Shown here: positions 18,501-26,616 of the stretch, piece by piece
Position numbering within the stretch: the stretch's first letter is position 1
Layout: each line of letters starts with the position of its first letter
Virus record (IMG/VR): IMGVR_UViG_3300031951_000023
Origin: an uncultured virus (IMG/VR IMGVR_UViG_3300031951_000023)
Lineage: Duplodnaviria; Heunggongvirae; Uroviricota; Caudoviricetes
DNA: 64,000 nt
Strand: one strand, 5' to 3'
The notes under the pieces: generated by a model
Databases searched by the model: none
Seen by the model: the letters and a program-made list of their open reading frames with translations, nothing else
Told to the model about the DNA's origin: nothing
Translations under genes and position numbers: made by a program

Positions 18501-18778
18501 CTGAGTTATGGTACGACATAGTTCTTCAGGTACATGACGCCGTAGTTCTTGAGGTTCCGGTTAACTGCGTCGATTGGGTTGTAAACAGCGTCATACCGGA
18601 GTGCATGAGCGATAGGGTTGATGTGTGGCCATGCAACCTAGACGGAACCAGGAAAGGGTCTGGAGGTCCGTATCATTTACAGGTTCCTCCTCCAGACGTA
18701 TTCACTAGATGGTCTGTACCTATTACAAAAGAAGAGTGCGCAAAGTTGGGTATTAACGAATTTTACGGAGCAGGCTGA
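15584..18778 (+). CDS. polA: family A DNA polymerase with N-terminal uracil-DNA glycosylase-like domain and 3'-5' exonuclease
   Basis: UDG4-like: VGNAGEIL, YITSVIK, QEIKLVRPSFILALG, SPAAVL. Exonuclease: VDAEW, NADM, YDAD. Polymerase: TGRASS, ADYTGAEL, RSAAKAVVFGYAYG, QVHD. Confidence 0.92.
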   Translation: MSDNFRKMYSELRFLETLRFGDTELFKNFPFYRKNFEGLPAPGPDFVEYAELLKKDGIDYKTHDFELEALYYRALYDDNFVLPLSYLNKKVTVNFVLGGLWTEQATGPVPSPVMIVVKQPHVKNHYNRKVLVGNAGEILANCFEEEGFFDKQQFYITSVIKHDHPDTKGGVFKASWIKNCSLILQQEIKLVRPSFILALGSEAITAVLGKGHTTSNTQGRVMEIKVKDGKGEDEFFTAKVITGISPAAVLKKPERSDDLKGVVRVFLNTILGQEKAEEVIDHRTIKGLDEAKILVQEILNEPDSNVVAVDAEWHGSYPTEKNAYVRTIQISWKPGKAACFVLHNQGGESEIEGGIPAVIEELSKVFTNTPKRKVRVVGHYLNADMPWLMHVGLDIRSNFVAPMDSPGANGKEKLFGYQKTKKFGGFDTLLAAHSVNETGDFKLEVLGTRYVGVPRYDVDLQKWKKSYCEQNKINSEQLEGYGDCPDEILIPYGNYDADCTRRLFDFFNGKEDQPGALDRDSYGNNSRKPFWVSMRASSAFGEMHMTGLQVDLETAETLTEHYLKAKNRLLEILRKELNWPEFNTSSVQHCREMMFGEQYNGVIDKETFKPKSVRPEGALSLYLEPYKSTGKRPKMWKEIKAKNIESDYAVSTDKEVLQILSDKHPCVELLRDLRYVAQLTRYVLRPGKGVEEGSAVRDEDGRIEYESGLLSYLHADNRVRSQFFQTKETGRASSARPPLQNLGKTAEEKYKAVFKRYGSEIQLEYKMPLRSIIRAKPGHVFVDADYTGAELAIMAWQSGDLNMSEHVRRSGLPEDDPDYYDIHSNVAVNTFGLSCPPTKQGLKSIGKSALRSAAKAVVFGYAYGQQAEATARKAKQEGADVTVDQARQLIEGLVSMYPALPKYFEECRERSQDPGYIVNCFGRYRRFTKTSERDVAGEQQRQAMNFPVQSAVADAMSRALDHLYWYRLEAEDPELWYDIVLQVHDAVVLEVPVNCVDWVVNSVIPECMSDRVDVWPCNLDGTRKGSGGPYHLQVPPPDVFTRWSVPITKEECAKLGINEFYGAG

Positions 18779-19299
18779 TGTCTATTTTGACTGGAGATCA
18801 AATTATAAAAGAAGTTGAAATGGGAAATATTGTTATAACCCCATTCAACATGAAACAGGTTAATCCCAACAGCTACAACCTCAAGCTGGGTAAGAGGTTG
18901 CTGGTTTACAACAATTTCCCACTAGATATGCGAAAGGAGAACAAGACCCAAGAGTTGATTATTCCTGATGATGGACTTTACCTTAACCCTGGTGTTCTTT
19001 ATCTGGGAGAGACAGAAGAATACACAGAAACTCCAAACCATGTTCCGCACATTGAAGGAAGAAGTTCAATAGGCAGACTGGGTATGCAAGTGCATATTAC
19101 TGCAGGATTCGGGGATACCGGATTTCGCGGTAAATGGACTTTGGAGATAACTGTGGTTCATCCGTTGAAAGTGTACCACGGCACAGAAGTGTGCCAGGTA
19201 GCTTATCAAAAAACTTTTGGAAAAATAAGTGCTTACTCAGGCAGGTACTTAGGGCAAAACGGTGCAGTTCCCAGTTGCCTTTTCCAAGACTACGCGTAG
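18778..19299 (+). CDS. dcd: dCTP deaminase
   Basis: QVNPNSYNLKLG; EGRSSIGRLG; TAGFGDTGFRGKWTLE; YSGRY. Confidence 0.9.
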   Translation: MSILTGDQIIKEVEMGNIVITPFNMKQVNPNSYNLKLGKRLLVYNNFPLDMRKENKTQELIIPDDGLYLNPGVLYLGETEEYTETPNHVPHIEGRSSIGRLGMQVHITAGFGDTGFRGKWTLEITVVHPLKVYHGTEVCQVAYQKTFGKISAYSGRYLGQNGAVPSCLFQDYA

Positions 19300-19362
19300 T
19301 ATATCGATGCCGCTAGGCATTTGCCGTTTGGCGTTTTTAATTTCAAGTTTGAAAGGACTGTC

Positions 19363-20706
19363 ATGCAAGGTAGCTCTCGCCGTATCTCTGTTAATTCTGT
19401 CAGCGCCAATCTTTCTGGAGGTGACGGAAAGTATCTCAACATGATTCTTAAGCCGGGTGCTGGAAAGCTGTACAGCCCGCCAATGAATCAGTCTACTGTG
19501 ATCAGGATTCTTCCAGGCGTTAATCCTGACAATCCAACTATGCTTGATCCGTGGCGACTGCCGACCAACATGAATGAATTTGGTCAGTGGTTTTTCCCTA
19601 TTCAAGTAGCAGAGTCTGTCAAAGACCCAAAGAGTGAAAGGGCTAGAACCTGGGTTATGCACGACCCGTATGATAGGTTCTATGACATTAGCAGCAATCC
19701 TCTCATGATGATTCGCAGCGCTGCTGATGAGGGAACCAAAAAAGGTCTTCCTTTTTCTGTGGGTTGGGCTAGTTTGCTTCTGCCTTCTGGGCCTTACAAC
19801 TCTCCGGCTATTCCGGCAAAGCCCAAGCTTTGCTGGCTAGTGCAGTGTCTGTTGATGTCCTACAAGGGTGAGGACTTCCAAACTCCTAAGGGTTTGGCTC
19901 CAGACGACAGTGCTCAGTTCATGCTCTTAAAGCCCTCAGTGTATAAGAACCTGAGAAGCGCCATGGACGAAAGGACTGATTATCGCGGAGACAGCAGTAA
20001 TGTGTCTGCTCACTTCGTATGTGGCGACCCCATAGCTCTAGACGAAGGCAGCTACGTAACTATCTTCACGGAAGGTCAAGACCCTCGCCGTGCAGGTCTT
20101 AAGCGTACAAACCAGTTTACTCCAGGAATGCTGGAGGCAGCCGGTCGCAACGATAAGACTATCAAAGGTTTTGATGTGTTCCTTGAAAAGGAGTACAAAG
20201 GTTTCTCCGCAGATTTGTCTTCCGTTGCTGAAGCTGTTACACAGAAGATCAAAGACTGGTCTTCTTGTGTAAACATCATGAGCAATGAGGAGCAGGTTTT
20301 GCTTGTTCAAGACCTTTATTCAGGCTACCCTTCTTTGCTGGTGTATGCTCTGGATGACCGTTACGGGCAGTACCTGAATCCAAAGATCAGGGCAGAAGGG
20401 TTGCAGCAGCTGGGTAAGACTAAAGTTACGTCTATTTCAGCTCCTGAACCTTCTTGGGCTGATGTGGCTGTGCCTGCTGCTGTCGTGGCTGAAGCGCCTC
20501 CAGCGCCTGCTTTTGCCAAGCCTGCTTTAAAGTCTTTTTCTCTTACTCCAGCCAAGACAATCTCTAGTGAGGCTATTAGTCCTCCCACGTCTGGCGAGTT
20601 TGTTCCTGAAGAAGCTACTAATGATGCTAATAACAAAGTTTGGCAAAACATCCAGAACGCCCGTAAGGCTGTAAAGTCACGGTTACCTAATCCTTCAGAA
20701 GATTGA
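19363..20706 (+). CDS. putative single-stranded DNA-binding protein (T4 gp32-like)
   Basis: VIRILPG resembles gp32 VIRFLP; low-complexity Pro/Ala-rich C-terminal tail; located upstream of the recombinase. Confidence 0.5.
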   Translation: MQGSSRRISVNSVSANLSGGDGKYLNMILKPGAGKLYSPPMNQSTVIRILPGVNPDNPTMLDPWRLPTNMNEFGQWFFPIQVAESVKDPKSERARTWVMHDPYDRFYDISSNPLMMIRSAADEGTKKGLPFSVGWASLLLPSGPYNSPAIPAKPKLCWLVQCLLMSYKGEDFQTPKGLAPDDSAQFMLLKPSVYKNLRSAMDERTDYRGDSSNVSAHFVCGDPIALDEGSYVTIFTEGQDPRRAGLKRTNQFTPGMLEAAGRNDKTIKGFDVFLEKEYKGFSADLSSVAEAVTQKIKDWSSCVNIMSNEEQVLLVQDLYSGYPSLLVYALDDRYGQYLNPKIRAEGLQQLGKTKVTSISAPEPSWADVAVPAAVVAEAPPAPAFAKPALKSFSLTPAKTISSEAISPPTSGEFVPEEATNDANNKVWQNIQNARKAVKSRLPNPSED

Positions 20707-20757
20707 TAAAGCAAACGTGCAACAGGCGTTTGTTTTATCAATCTCCTGTTGCACGTT
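20700..20757 (+). promoter_or_regulatory. overlapping, mutually exclusive RNA helices containing an anti-Shine-Dalgarno segment
   Basis: 20700-20717 pairs with 20727-20744; 20714-20726 pairs with 20745-20757; 20737-20748 is the reverse complement of 20838-20849. Confidence 0.55.
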
Positions 20758-20767
20758 CGTTTGTTTT

Positions 20768-20800
20768 AAATGCGCGTATTTTTACGTACGCGCATTTTTT
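20768..20800 (+). terminator. Rho-independent terminator-like hairpin
   Basis: AAATGCGCGTA / TACGCGCATTT stem followed by a T-run. Confidence 0.7.
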
Positions 20801-20852
20801 GTCACTTTTTTATTTCTTTGTTTGTTTAGTTTTTAATCAGGAGATTGATGTC

Positions 20853-22148
20853 ATGGGTAGGAAGAAAGCTGTTGTTGAAGACGCCAGGCCTGCAGTCAAG
20901 ACAGGCCCAGACTCCTTTTTTCAGCAAGTGCTGAATATGAGGCAAGTCGAGAATGGCCCGGGCAATGATTATCTTTGTGACGATAGCACAAAGGTTATCA
21001 TTGGAGCACCTCTAGACGCGATCAGTCTGAGGTACTTATTCTGCAACAGCGTTTTTCCGTACTCAAGAATGACAGAAATTATAGGCATACCTGAAAGTTG
21101 TAAAACAGCTCTTCTTTATGAAATGTATAGATGGCACATATACAACGGCAGCAAGATAGTTAAGTTTGACCCAGGTATGCCTCACGGGCTTTTTGGTCAT
21201 ATTCAAGTAGAGGCTAAGGATTCTCCAGATTTCAGGGAATCTTTTATAAAGGCTCCTTTGCCTTTTAAAAGCCACTCTTGTTTGACTGTAGAATCTTGGC
21301 AAAAGATGTGCAGTGAGTACGTAAAAGCTGCGGAGGCTCACTACGATTGTAGGGGAGGTATGGAGATGCCTATGGCTCTAGGAGTCGATAGCATCACAGC
21401 AGCCACTACAAAAAGTGAGACAGACGATACGTGGAAGAACGGCTATGCTACTCCTACTTTTAGTAACATCGCCAAGAACTTGAACATGTGGGTAAAAGTA
21501 TTCTTCCCAAAGATGCAGTACTGGCCCATTTCTTTCATAGGTATTAACCATATGAAAGAAGAGCATTCTCCAGGCAAGCCTATTATCAGAAGAGTTCCTG
21601 GAGGAGCTAGTCTTGGATTTACTTCTACGTTCATTCTTAGGATGGCTAGAAAAGCGGACATTCACACAAAGAGTGAGCAAGGAAGACTGATCAGAATCCA
21701 CAGCGACAAGAACAGCCTGTCTTCAGCTGGAGACAGGAGGTACATAGAAGTAAAGCTTCTTTGGACCAAAGATGAAAACCTGGTTCAAACTTCTATGTGG
21801 GATTGGCACGACGCTACGGTGGCCTTGTTTGATTCTTTCCAAGAAGCTTGGCAAAGAAAGGCTGTCCACAACGCTTGCTCTATTGAAAACATAGACAAGA
21901 CGCGAAGGACTGCTGACTGTCCGGTTCTTGGTATATCCAAAGGATCTTGGCACGAAGTAGGCAAGGCTATTTCTGAATCTCCTGAGCTAGTCAAAGAACT
22001 AGACAAGGTATTTGGAGTATGCCCCAGAAGACCGTTTGAAATGGGCGTTCCATACAAAGATCAGATCCAAGAAGCTTTGTCTACTAATCCTGAAACTGGT
22101 GAGATTAGTATGCCTGGCGGTTTCTCAAACGTTGTAGAAGAGGAATAA
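20853..22148 (+). CDS. recA: RecA/UvsX-like recombinase
   Basis: MTEIIGIPESCKT, GVDSITA, FIGINHMK, PGGASLGF, KN motifs; CAGGAG RBS. Confidence 0.8.
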   Translation: MGRKKAVVEDARPAVKTGPDSFFQQVLNMRQVENGPGNDYLCDDSTKVIIGAPLDAISLRYLFCNSVFPYSRMTEIIGIPESCKTALLYEMYRWHIYNGSKIVKFDPGMPHGLFGHIQVEAKDSPDFRESFIKAPLPFKSHSCLTVESWQKMCSEYVKAAEAHYDCRGGMEMPMALGVDSITAATTKSETDDTWKNGYATPTFSNIAKNLNMWVKVFFPKMQYWPISFIGINHMKEEHSPGKPIIRRVPGGASLGFTSTFILRMARKADIHTKSEQGRLIRIHSDKNSLSSAGDRRYIEVKLLWTKDENLVQTSMWDWHDATVALFDSFQEAWQRKAVHNACSIENIDKTRRTADCPVLGISKGSWHEVGKAISESPELVKELDKVFGVCPRRPFEMGVPYKDQIQEALSTNPETGEISMPGGFSNVVEEE

Positions 22149-22150
22149 CA

Positions 22151-22669
22151 ATGAGTTTTTATGACGAAGTCTTGAATGTTGGAAACGCTTCAGATGAATC
22201 GTTCGACACTGACGAGACCGTCATAAAGACGATATTAAAGCATTCCGTAGGAGCTCCTTCCTACGGAATGCTTGTTTCAATGTGCAAATCAGAAACAGGG
22301 TCAAAACCAAGTTTGTTGTGGTTTGTTACCAAATTTCAAAGCTTCCCTATTTTTATCGGCAGAAGAAAAGTTCAATACCAGAGGGATATCTTCGGAGAAC
22401 TTAAAAACAGGTTTACAAAAACTCCATGCTTTGAAGGATGGGTAGAGATAGACAGCTTGAAACCAGAGTATGACTCCAGGGTCACTGGTTGTGTTTTTAC
22501 CTGGCCGAGATTTGGAGTTTGTTGCATTCACAGAATGCCTACTCTTGACGATAAGACACCAAATGGTTTTTGGATAAAAAAAAGATTGTCAAAAGAAGAG
22601 ATGCCGTTTGTAATAGAGCCGTTTACTCAACTGCTAGAAACTATTTCTTGGGAGTTTCCCAGCTTGTGA
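22151..22669 (+). CDS. hypothetical protein
   Basis: GAGG RBS; 172-aa ORF in operon. Confidence 0.65.
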   Translation: MSFYDEVLNVGNASDESFDTDETVIKTILKHSVGAPSYGMLVSMCKSETGSKPSLLWFVTKFQSFPIFIGRRKVQYQRDIFGELKNRFTKTPCFEGWVEIDSLKPEYDSRVTGCVFTWPRFGVCCIHRMPTLDDKTPNGFWIKKRLSKEEMPFVIEPFTQLLETISWEFPSL

Positions 22670-22678
22670 GTATAAGCC

Positions 22679-23824
22679 ATGCTGTCAAAAATAGCTTCTG
22701 ATCTAAAAACAATTCACTTTAGCGAAAGCCAGCACAAGCTATTTAAAGATCATTTGAGTAATATTGAAAAAAACACTCTAGTGTTTCCGGTAGACAATGC
22801 GTCTCAGTTGGCTCTTAACGACAGGTTTAAAACAATAAGCGGAGGGTACAAGCTCAGCTGGCAAGCCTTAAGGCAGGCTTGTGGATTCTTGTGTAATGGC
22901 TTGTACACCGTAGTAAGCAATATGTCAGTGAACAGCTCAACAAACAAAAAGTTTAATGAGGCTTATTCTGACTATGACGCGTGCGTCTTGTATAACACTT
23001 TTGTAAGAAGGCGCTTCAATACTCATCTTTTAGGTAAAAAAGCAATAAAGAACAATCAGACAGGTACACTGGACTGTTTGGTGGGGCCAAGATACCAAAG
23101 ACTCCCAAACTTTGAGCTTCTTGAAAAAATAGAAAAAGTCTTTAAAAGTTTCGGTGAGTCTTATACCTTTTTCAGAAGTTCAATAAGCGGAAGAAAGATG
23201 CAGGCTAGGTTTGCTTTTTGCGAACCTATGACCCTTGACTCTCTAGGTCACAGCGATGTTCTATCCCCTGTTCGCGTAGGCCTACTGTTCTCAAACAGCG
23301 AGAGCGGAGACAGCTCTGTAAAAGTAACTCTGTTTATGTCTTTTGGTAATATCGGCAGCACCATGGTTCCATACACTAACTCTTGGTGCTTGGATCATAA
23401 AGGAAAAGATTTCTCAGCTAGACTGAGCAGCCTCTTAAAATCTGTTCAAGTTAAAAGACTTGAAATAACAGAAACTAAGGTTGCAGACATGTTGTCTTCC
23501 CTGTATTGTTCCAGACTGCCTATTTCAGAGGGAACCATAAACTTAGAAAACTGGGCTTCTGAGTTTAAAAGAAAGATGGCAGTAAACAAGGTTAACGGTT
23601 CCACTTCCAGGAGGGTTTTACAAAGGTTCATGTATTCTCAGTCGGGTGACGGGTCTTTGAGAACTTTCAATTTGGAAAACAAAATTGATATAAACTCAAA
23701 GACGGCTTTGGATGTTTTTATCGCGTTACTTGCCGAAGGGAATAACGGCAGTAACAGTCTGACTGTCAGGGATCACCTTGAGCAGTCTTCGTTTAGGCTT
23801 CTTTCAGGAAAGATGAGGTTGTGA
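22679..23824 (+). CDS. DUF932-like protein
   Basis: LVGPRYQRLPNFELL...GLLFSNSESGDSSV pattern. Confidence 0.55.
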   Translation: MLSKIASDLKTIHFSESQHKLFKDHLSNIEKNTLVFPVDNASQLALNDRFKTISGGYKLSWQALRQACGFLCNGLYTVVSNMSVNSSTNKKFNEAYSDYDACVLYNTFVRRRFNTHLLGKKAIKNNQTGTLDCLVGPRYQRLPNFELLEKIEKVFKSFGESYTFFRSSISGRKMQARFAFCEPMTLDSLGHSDVLSPVRVGLLFSNSESGDSSVKVTLFMSFGNIGSTMVPYTNSWCLDHKGKDFSARLSSLLKSVQVKRLEITETKVADMLSSLYCSRLPISEGTINLENWASEFKRKMAVNKVNGSTSRRVLQRFMYSQSGDGSLRTFNLENKIDINSKTALDVFIALLAEGNNGSNSLTVRDHLEQSSFRLLSGKMRL

Positions 23825-24723
23825 TGTCAGAGGTTCAAATTGTATCAGGCACGGAACAAGCTTTCTCAATGATGAACACTCCGCTCAAAGAGGTGTACTA
23901 CAGCGAAGTCGAAGCTAGCAACACTCACTTTAAGAACAGCCTTAGGTTTCACCGCGCCAGGGGCAAGACAATACACCTGGTAAAGAATGGCTTAAGTCTT
24001 GACGGTAAAGAGAAAGTGGACTACGGCAAAAACGCTGTGCCAACTCTAGCTCAGGCTTTGGAAATCAGTATCAGCTACGCTTACAAACTATGTTCTTTCT
24101 ACGAGATGTACGAAGACATAGCTAAGTTTCAAGATTTGATGGAATTCTTTTCAGACAACGACTTCAGCTTGAGCTGGAGTCATTTCAATCTTTTAGTCCA
24201 CGTGGACGATCAGACTAGAGAAAATTTGATTGCTGAAGCAGTAGAAAAAAAGATGTCAGTAAGGAAACTGCAAGAATTGATGGCTTCAAACAACATAACC
24301 ATCAATCCTGACGAAAGCAGTTTTATTACTGAAGACACTCCAAAAGAATCTGAATCGACTGGAGTGGTAGTAATAGAAACACAGCAAGACATAGAAGACC
24401 AGCCTGAGCCTTCAACTCAGTCAGTCTCTCATCCGCCTTCAGGCGACTCAGAAATATCTATGGATGTCCCTAAAACTTTGAAAAAGTTGTACCAGGCAGC
24501 TTGCAAGTTTAGCGACAAGATGGTCGAGCTGGTAGGAAACGCCTGTGTAGGCTTGGCAGACACTAGCGGAGAATCAGCTAGGAAAGAAGTGTTTGAAGGC
24601 TTGACGTTGTGCCAGGACACCCTAGACACTATAAAGCGGCAATGCGCAGAATTCATTCCTCAGTTCAAGCAATCTTACGACAGGCTTGTATCTGAAAAGA
24701 AAGAAAAGAACAAAGATGGCTGA
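23824..24723 (+). CDS. YhcG/DUF1016 N-terminal-like domain protein
   Basis: YGKNAVPTLAQAL...LSWSHFNLLVHVDD..RE.....A....MSVRKLQ; no PD-(D/E)xK nuclease half seen. Confidence 0.6.
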   Translation: MSEVQIVSGTEQAFSMMNTPLKEVYYSEVEASNTHFKNSLRFHRARGKTIHLVKNGLSLDGKEKVDYGKNAVPTLAQALEISISYAYKLCSFYEMYEDIAKFQDLMEFFSDNDFSLSWSHFNLLVHVDDQTRENLIAEAVEKKMSVRKLQELMASNNITINPDESSFITEDTPKESESTGVVVIETQQDIEDQPEPSTQSVSHPPSGDSEISMDVPKTLKKLYQAACKFSDKMVELVGNACVGLADTSGESARKEVFEGLTLCQDTLDTIKRQCAEFIPQFKQSYDRLVSEKKEKNKDG

Positions 24724-25435
24724 TATTAAGTTTACAGTCTGCGCCCTCTTATATGGTGACTACCCAGATCTAGCTCGCAGATGCTTGGAACCTCTTTTCA
24801 AGTTGAACGAGCTAGGTCTTATAGAACTTCGCGTAGGCTTAAACGAAGTCTGCGACGAGACTTCAAATTACGTATTGTCTAGAAGAGATTCAATAACCAC
24901 CAGGGAGGCAAACCCACAAATATTTAAGTATCCAATGATGCGTGAGCTGTTTTACAGCAAACCAATAACAACTGATTACCTAATGTGGTTTGATGATGAC
25001 AGCTACATCAAAGCCGACAACTTGCCTTTGTGGCTTTCTAGTATTGAAAAAGACATGGAAAGCTGCGACATGCTGGGATCTGTCTACGGTATAAAGTACG
25101 GCGCAGATCAAAGGGCTTGGTGTGAAACTCAACCTTGGTATAGAGGTAAGCCTATTCCTCAGTTTCCTAGATTCGCTACTGGAGGATGGTGGTGCATTAG
25201 AACCGATGTTTTAAGAACTTACGATTGGCCTATAAAGGAGTTAAAACACTGCGGTGGAGATGTGGCTTTGGGCATACTCCTGGCTCAAAACGATCTTAAA
25301 CTTAGACACACCAAGGAAGGAGTGGCTATAAACGCAGACTCTTTTGGAAAAGAATCTGCTGCTCAAAGGAGAGGAGCGAGTAAAACCGAGAGGCCCATAG
25401 GAAAAGGCTTTACTCCAAATCAGACCACTAAGTAG
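24716..25435 (+). CDS. GT-A fold (family 2-like) glycosyltransferase
   Basis: TDYLMWFDDDSY (DxD); GGWWCIRT; GGDVALG. Confidence 0.7.
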   Translation: MADIKFTVCALLYGDYPDLARRCLEPLFKLNELGLIELRVGLNEVCDETSNYVLSRRDSITTREANPQIFKYPMMRELFYSKPITTDYLMWFDDDSYIKADNLPLWLSSIEKDMESCDMLGSVYGIKYGADQRAWCETQPWYRGKPIPQFPRFATGGWWCIRTDVLRTYDWPIKELKHCGGDVALGILLAQNDLKLRHTKEGVAINADSFGKESAAQRRGASKTERPIGKGFTPNQTTK

Positions 25436-25492
25436 CGTTACGCCTTCTATCGCTATTTAGGTTTTTAACGAAGGCATCAGAAAAGGGTTAAT

Positions 25493-25705
25493 ATGAAGAA
25501 TGCTAAGATGGATACGGTTATGACTAAGATTGTCAATAAAACAAAGCCTGTCTGCGCCAGCAAGGCCAAGGCTACTATGCCTGCTAAGACTAAGGCTAAG
25601 TCTAAGCCGGCTAAAGCTACAACAAGCAAGGCGACTACAAAGACTCGCGCCAAGTCTACCAATACTAAGATGGCCAGTAAGGCCAAGGCGGCTACCAAAC
25701 GATGA
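25493..25705 (+). CDS. histone H1-like Lys/Ala/Thr-rich basic protein
   Basis: KAKATMPAKTKAKSKPAKATTSKATTKTRAK composition. Confidence 0.6.
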   Translation: MKNAKMDTVMTKIVNKTKPVCASKAKATMPAKTKAKSKPAKATTSKATTKTRAKSTNTKMASKAKAATKR

Positions 25706-26616
25706 GTTTAGGAGAGCTTCCTAAAGGAGTCTACTTTGACATTTCTGACGCTATTACCAGAGCTAAATGTCTAAAGGCTGCCTTTTCTGGATACTTCCAG
25801 GAAGACTCTTCGTCTAGGGAGTTCTTTGATCTGGTCCGACAAGTTCGCAAGTGTTTACCTGCGGGCTTGTCGGACCAAGTCATCGTTGATTCGATAAGCC
25901 ACTTGAAAGGCGGCTTAGTTACGGATAACGAAGTCGGTGAAACAGCTTGGAGGATTGCGGGGAATATACCTTTGTTGAAACAAGGTGTCCCTGTGTGCTC
26001 CACTATTTCAATGACGCACTCAGGATGGGGAGTTGTCCAAGTTAAGAGCTGCAGACCTTTCTTGTTGAATCCTTCTTCTAGGCACACGCGCAACAGGGGC
26101 TGCATTTACACTCTATTTGTTTTGACAGGCCCAGCAGCCGGCAAAACTATTGAAAAGTTTTTGGGGCTTAAGTACCTAAAAGGCATTTCAAAAGCTTTAG
26201 GATTTTCTGCTCCTTACAAGAAAACTCCTTTTAAAGATGAAAGGGAATTGTTCTGGATGAGGTTTGCGGGGTGGTTTTCTCCAGAGTTGGCTAGAGACAA
26301 CAAGCCTTCTTTTTCTGAAGTTGTTGTGTCTTCTGCCATGAAGAACTGGAATAAAAACCTAATAAAGCTAAGGAAGCGTATTGGGTTTAACTGCCCGATA
26401 TCGCAACCTGAGGCTAAACTTCCTTGCTATAACTGCTGGATGGGAAAGGACAGGTGCTCGGCGGCAACACACGGTGAGACTTATGTTGTTGATGTTTGTG
26501 GTTATTGCGGTTCAGATTCTTTGTTTAGCCCAAGTTCTTCTTCTGACAAGTGTTTAAACTGCGTAAGGTACGAAGACACAACAGGACGTGAGATGTCAAG
26601 AAAGGAAGTGTTATGA
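25702..26616 (+). CDS. hypothetical protein with Cys-rich C-terminus
   Basis: CP...PCYNC...RC..ATH...CGYC...CLNC. Confidence 0.65.
   Translation: MSLGELPKGVYFDISDAITRAKCLKAAFSGYFQEDSSSREFFDLVRQVRKCLPAGLSDQVIVDSISHLKGGLVTDNEVGETAWRIAGNIPLLKQGVPVCSTISMTHSGWGVVQVKSCRPFLLNPSSRHTRNRGCIYTLFVLTGPAAGKTIEKFLGLKYLKGISKALGFSAPYKKTPFKDERELFWMRFAGWFSPELARDNKPSFSEVVVSSAMKNWNKNLIKLRKRIGFNCPISQPEAKLPCYNCWMGKDRCSAATHGETYVVDVCGYCGSDSLFSPSSSSDKCLNCVRYEDTTGREMSRKEVL

Noticed and set aside
12908..18778. Inteins or introns in helicase, primase or polymerase
   Set aside because: Motif spacing is continuous and no intein or LAGLIDADG signatures were seen
15584..18778. Z-DNA or uracil-DNA polymerase system
   Set aside because: No purZ in the window, and thyX argues for normal thymidine
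20703..20852. 50-aa N-terminal extension of the RecA-like ORF
   Set aside because: The region is T-rich and structured; the RBS supports ATG 20853
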